The translations under genes were made by a program, and so were the position numbers. A DNA stretch of 64,000 nt from Chrysomallon squamiferum (taxonomy: Eukaryota; Animalia; Mollusca): assembly GCA_012295275.1 (NCBI GenBank), contig CM022670.1, forward strand, positions 35,650,001 to 35,714,000. The letters are read 5' to 3'. Shown one piece after another: positions 63,601 to 64,000 of this stretch (its first letter is position 1; each line of letters begins with the position of its first letter). A model generated the notes under the pieces. It ran no database searches, was not told the origin of the DNA, and saw only the letters and a program-made list of their open reading frames with translations.

Positions 63601-64000
63601 CACACACACACACATGTATATATTTATATACAAACACACACATAAATGCACAGGTATATTTAAACAAACATACATCGTGCACTCAAATGTATATACATAC
63701 ATGGTATTATTTTAATTTGCATTTACAATAAACTTTGTTTTGGGTTTTTAACTCTTTTTTCAGCATCAAATATAATGAAACAGATTTTTATACAACAGGT
63801 TGTGTCATTTTAAAACAAGAGCTTTATATAATTTTATTTGAATACATTTTTTATTTATTATTTATTACTATTTATTATTCTTATTTTTTATTATTATTTT
63901 GTTCTTCATAATATGTAGACAAATAACTGAGACATTATGCAAAAAATAAAGAAAGAAATAAAAGCTTAAAATGAATATCAATAAGATATACAAGCTGAGG

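Overview
AT-rich, microsatellite-dense animal genomic DNA with spliceosomal introns; the repeat content suggests a gastropod mollusc (inference). No prokaryotic features or CRISPR array. I reconstructed six spliced genes by hand from GT-AG boundaries and intron phase: (1) a FYB/ADAP-like adaptor (- strand, ATG 22865, ~15 kb first intron, runs off the left edge); (2) RIMOC1/C5orf51 (-); (3) a two-exon CABIT-domain gene (-) whose first exon contains a +1 frameshift; (4) a four-exon TauD/TfdA-family Fe(II)/2-oxoglutarate dioxygenase (+) bracketed by a diverged 99-bp direct repeat; (5) NEK8 (-, 17 coding exons, one U12-type intron, atypical HRDLNSQN catalytic loop); (6) DBT (+), head-to-head with NEK8 across 184 bp. 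Repeats include three TA-flanked Tc1/mariner-superfamily MITEs, an RTE-LINE 3' fragment, degenerate SINE copies, a 2.2-kb 39-bp satellite and two minisatellites. I see no clear-cut new biological system. The best leads are the CABIT frameshift, the repeat-bracketed TauD gene, the NEK8 catalytic-loop change and the duplicated three-exon module in the FYB-like gene. Family calls rest on recalled motifs, not database searches.
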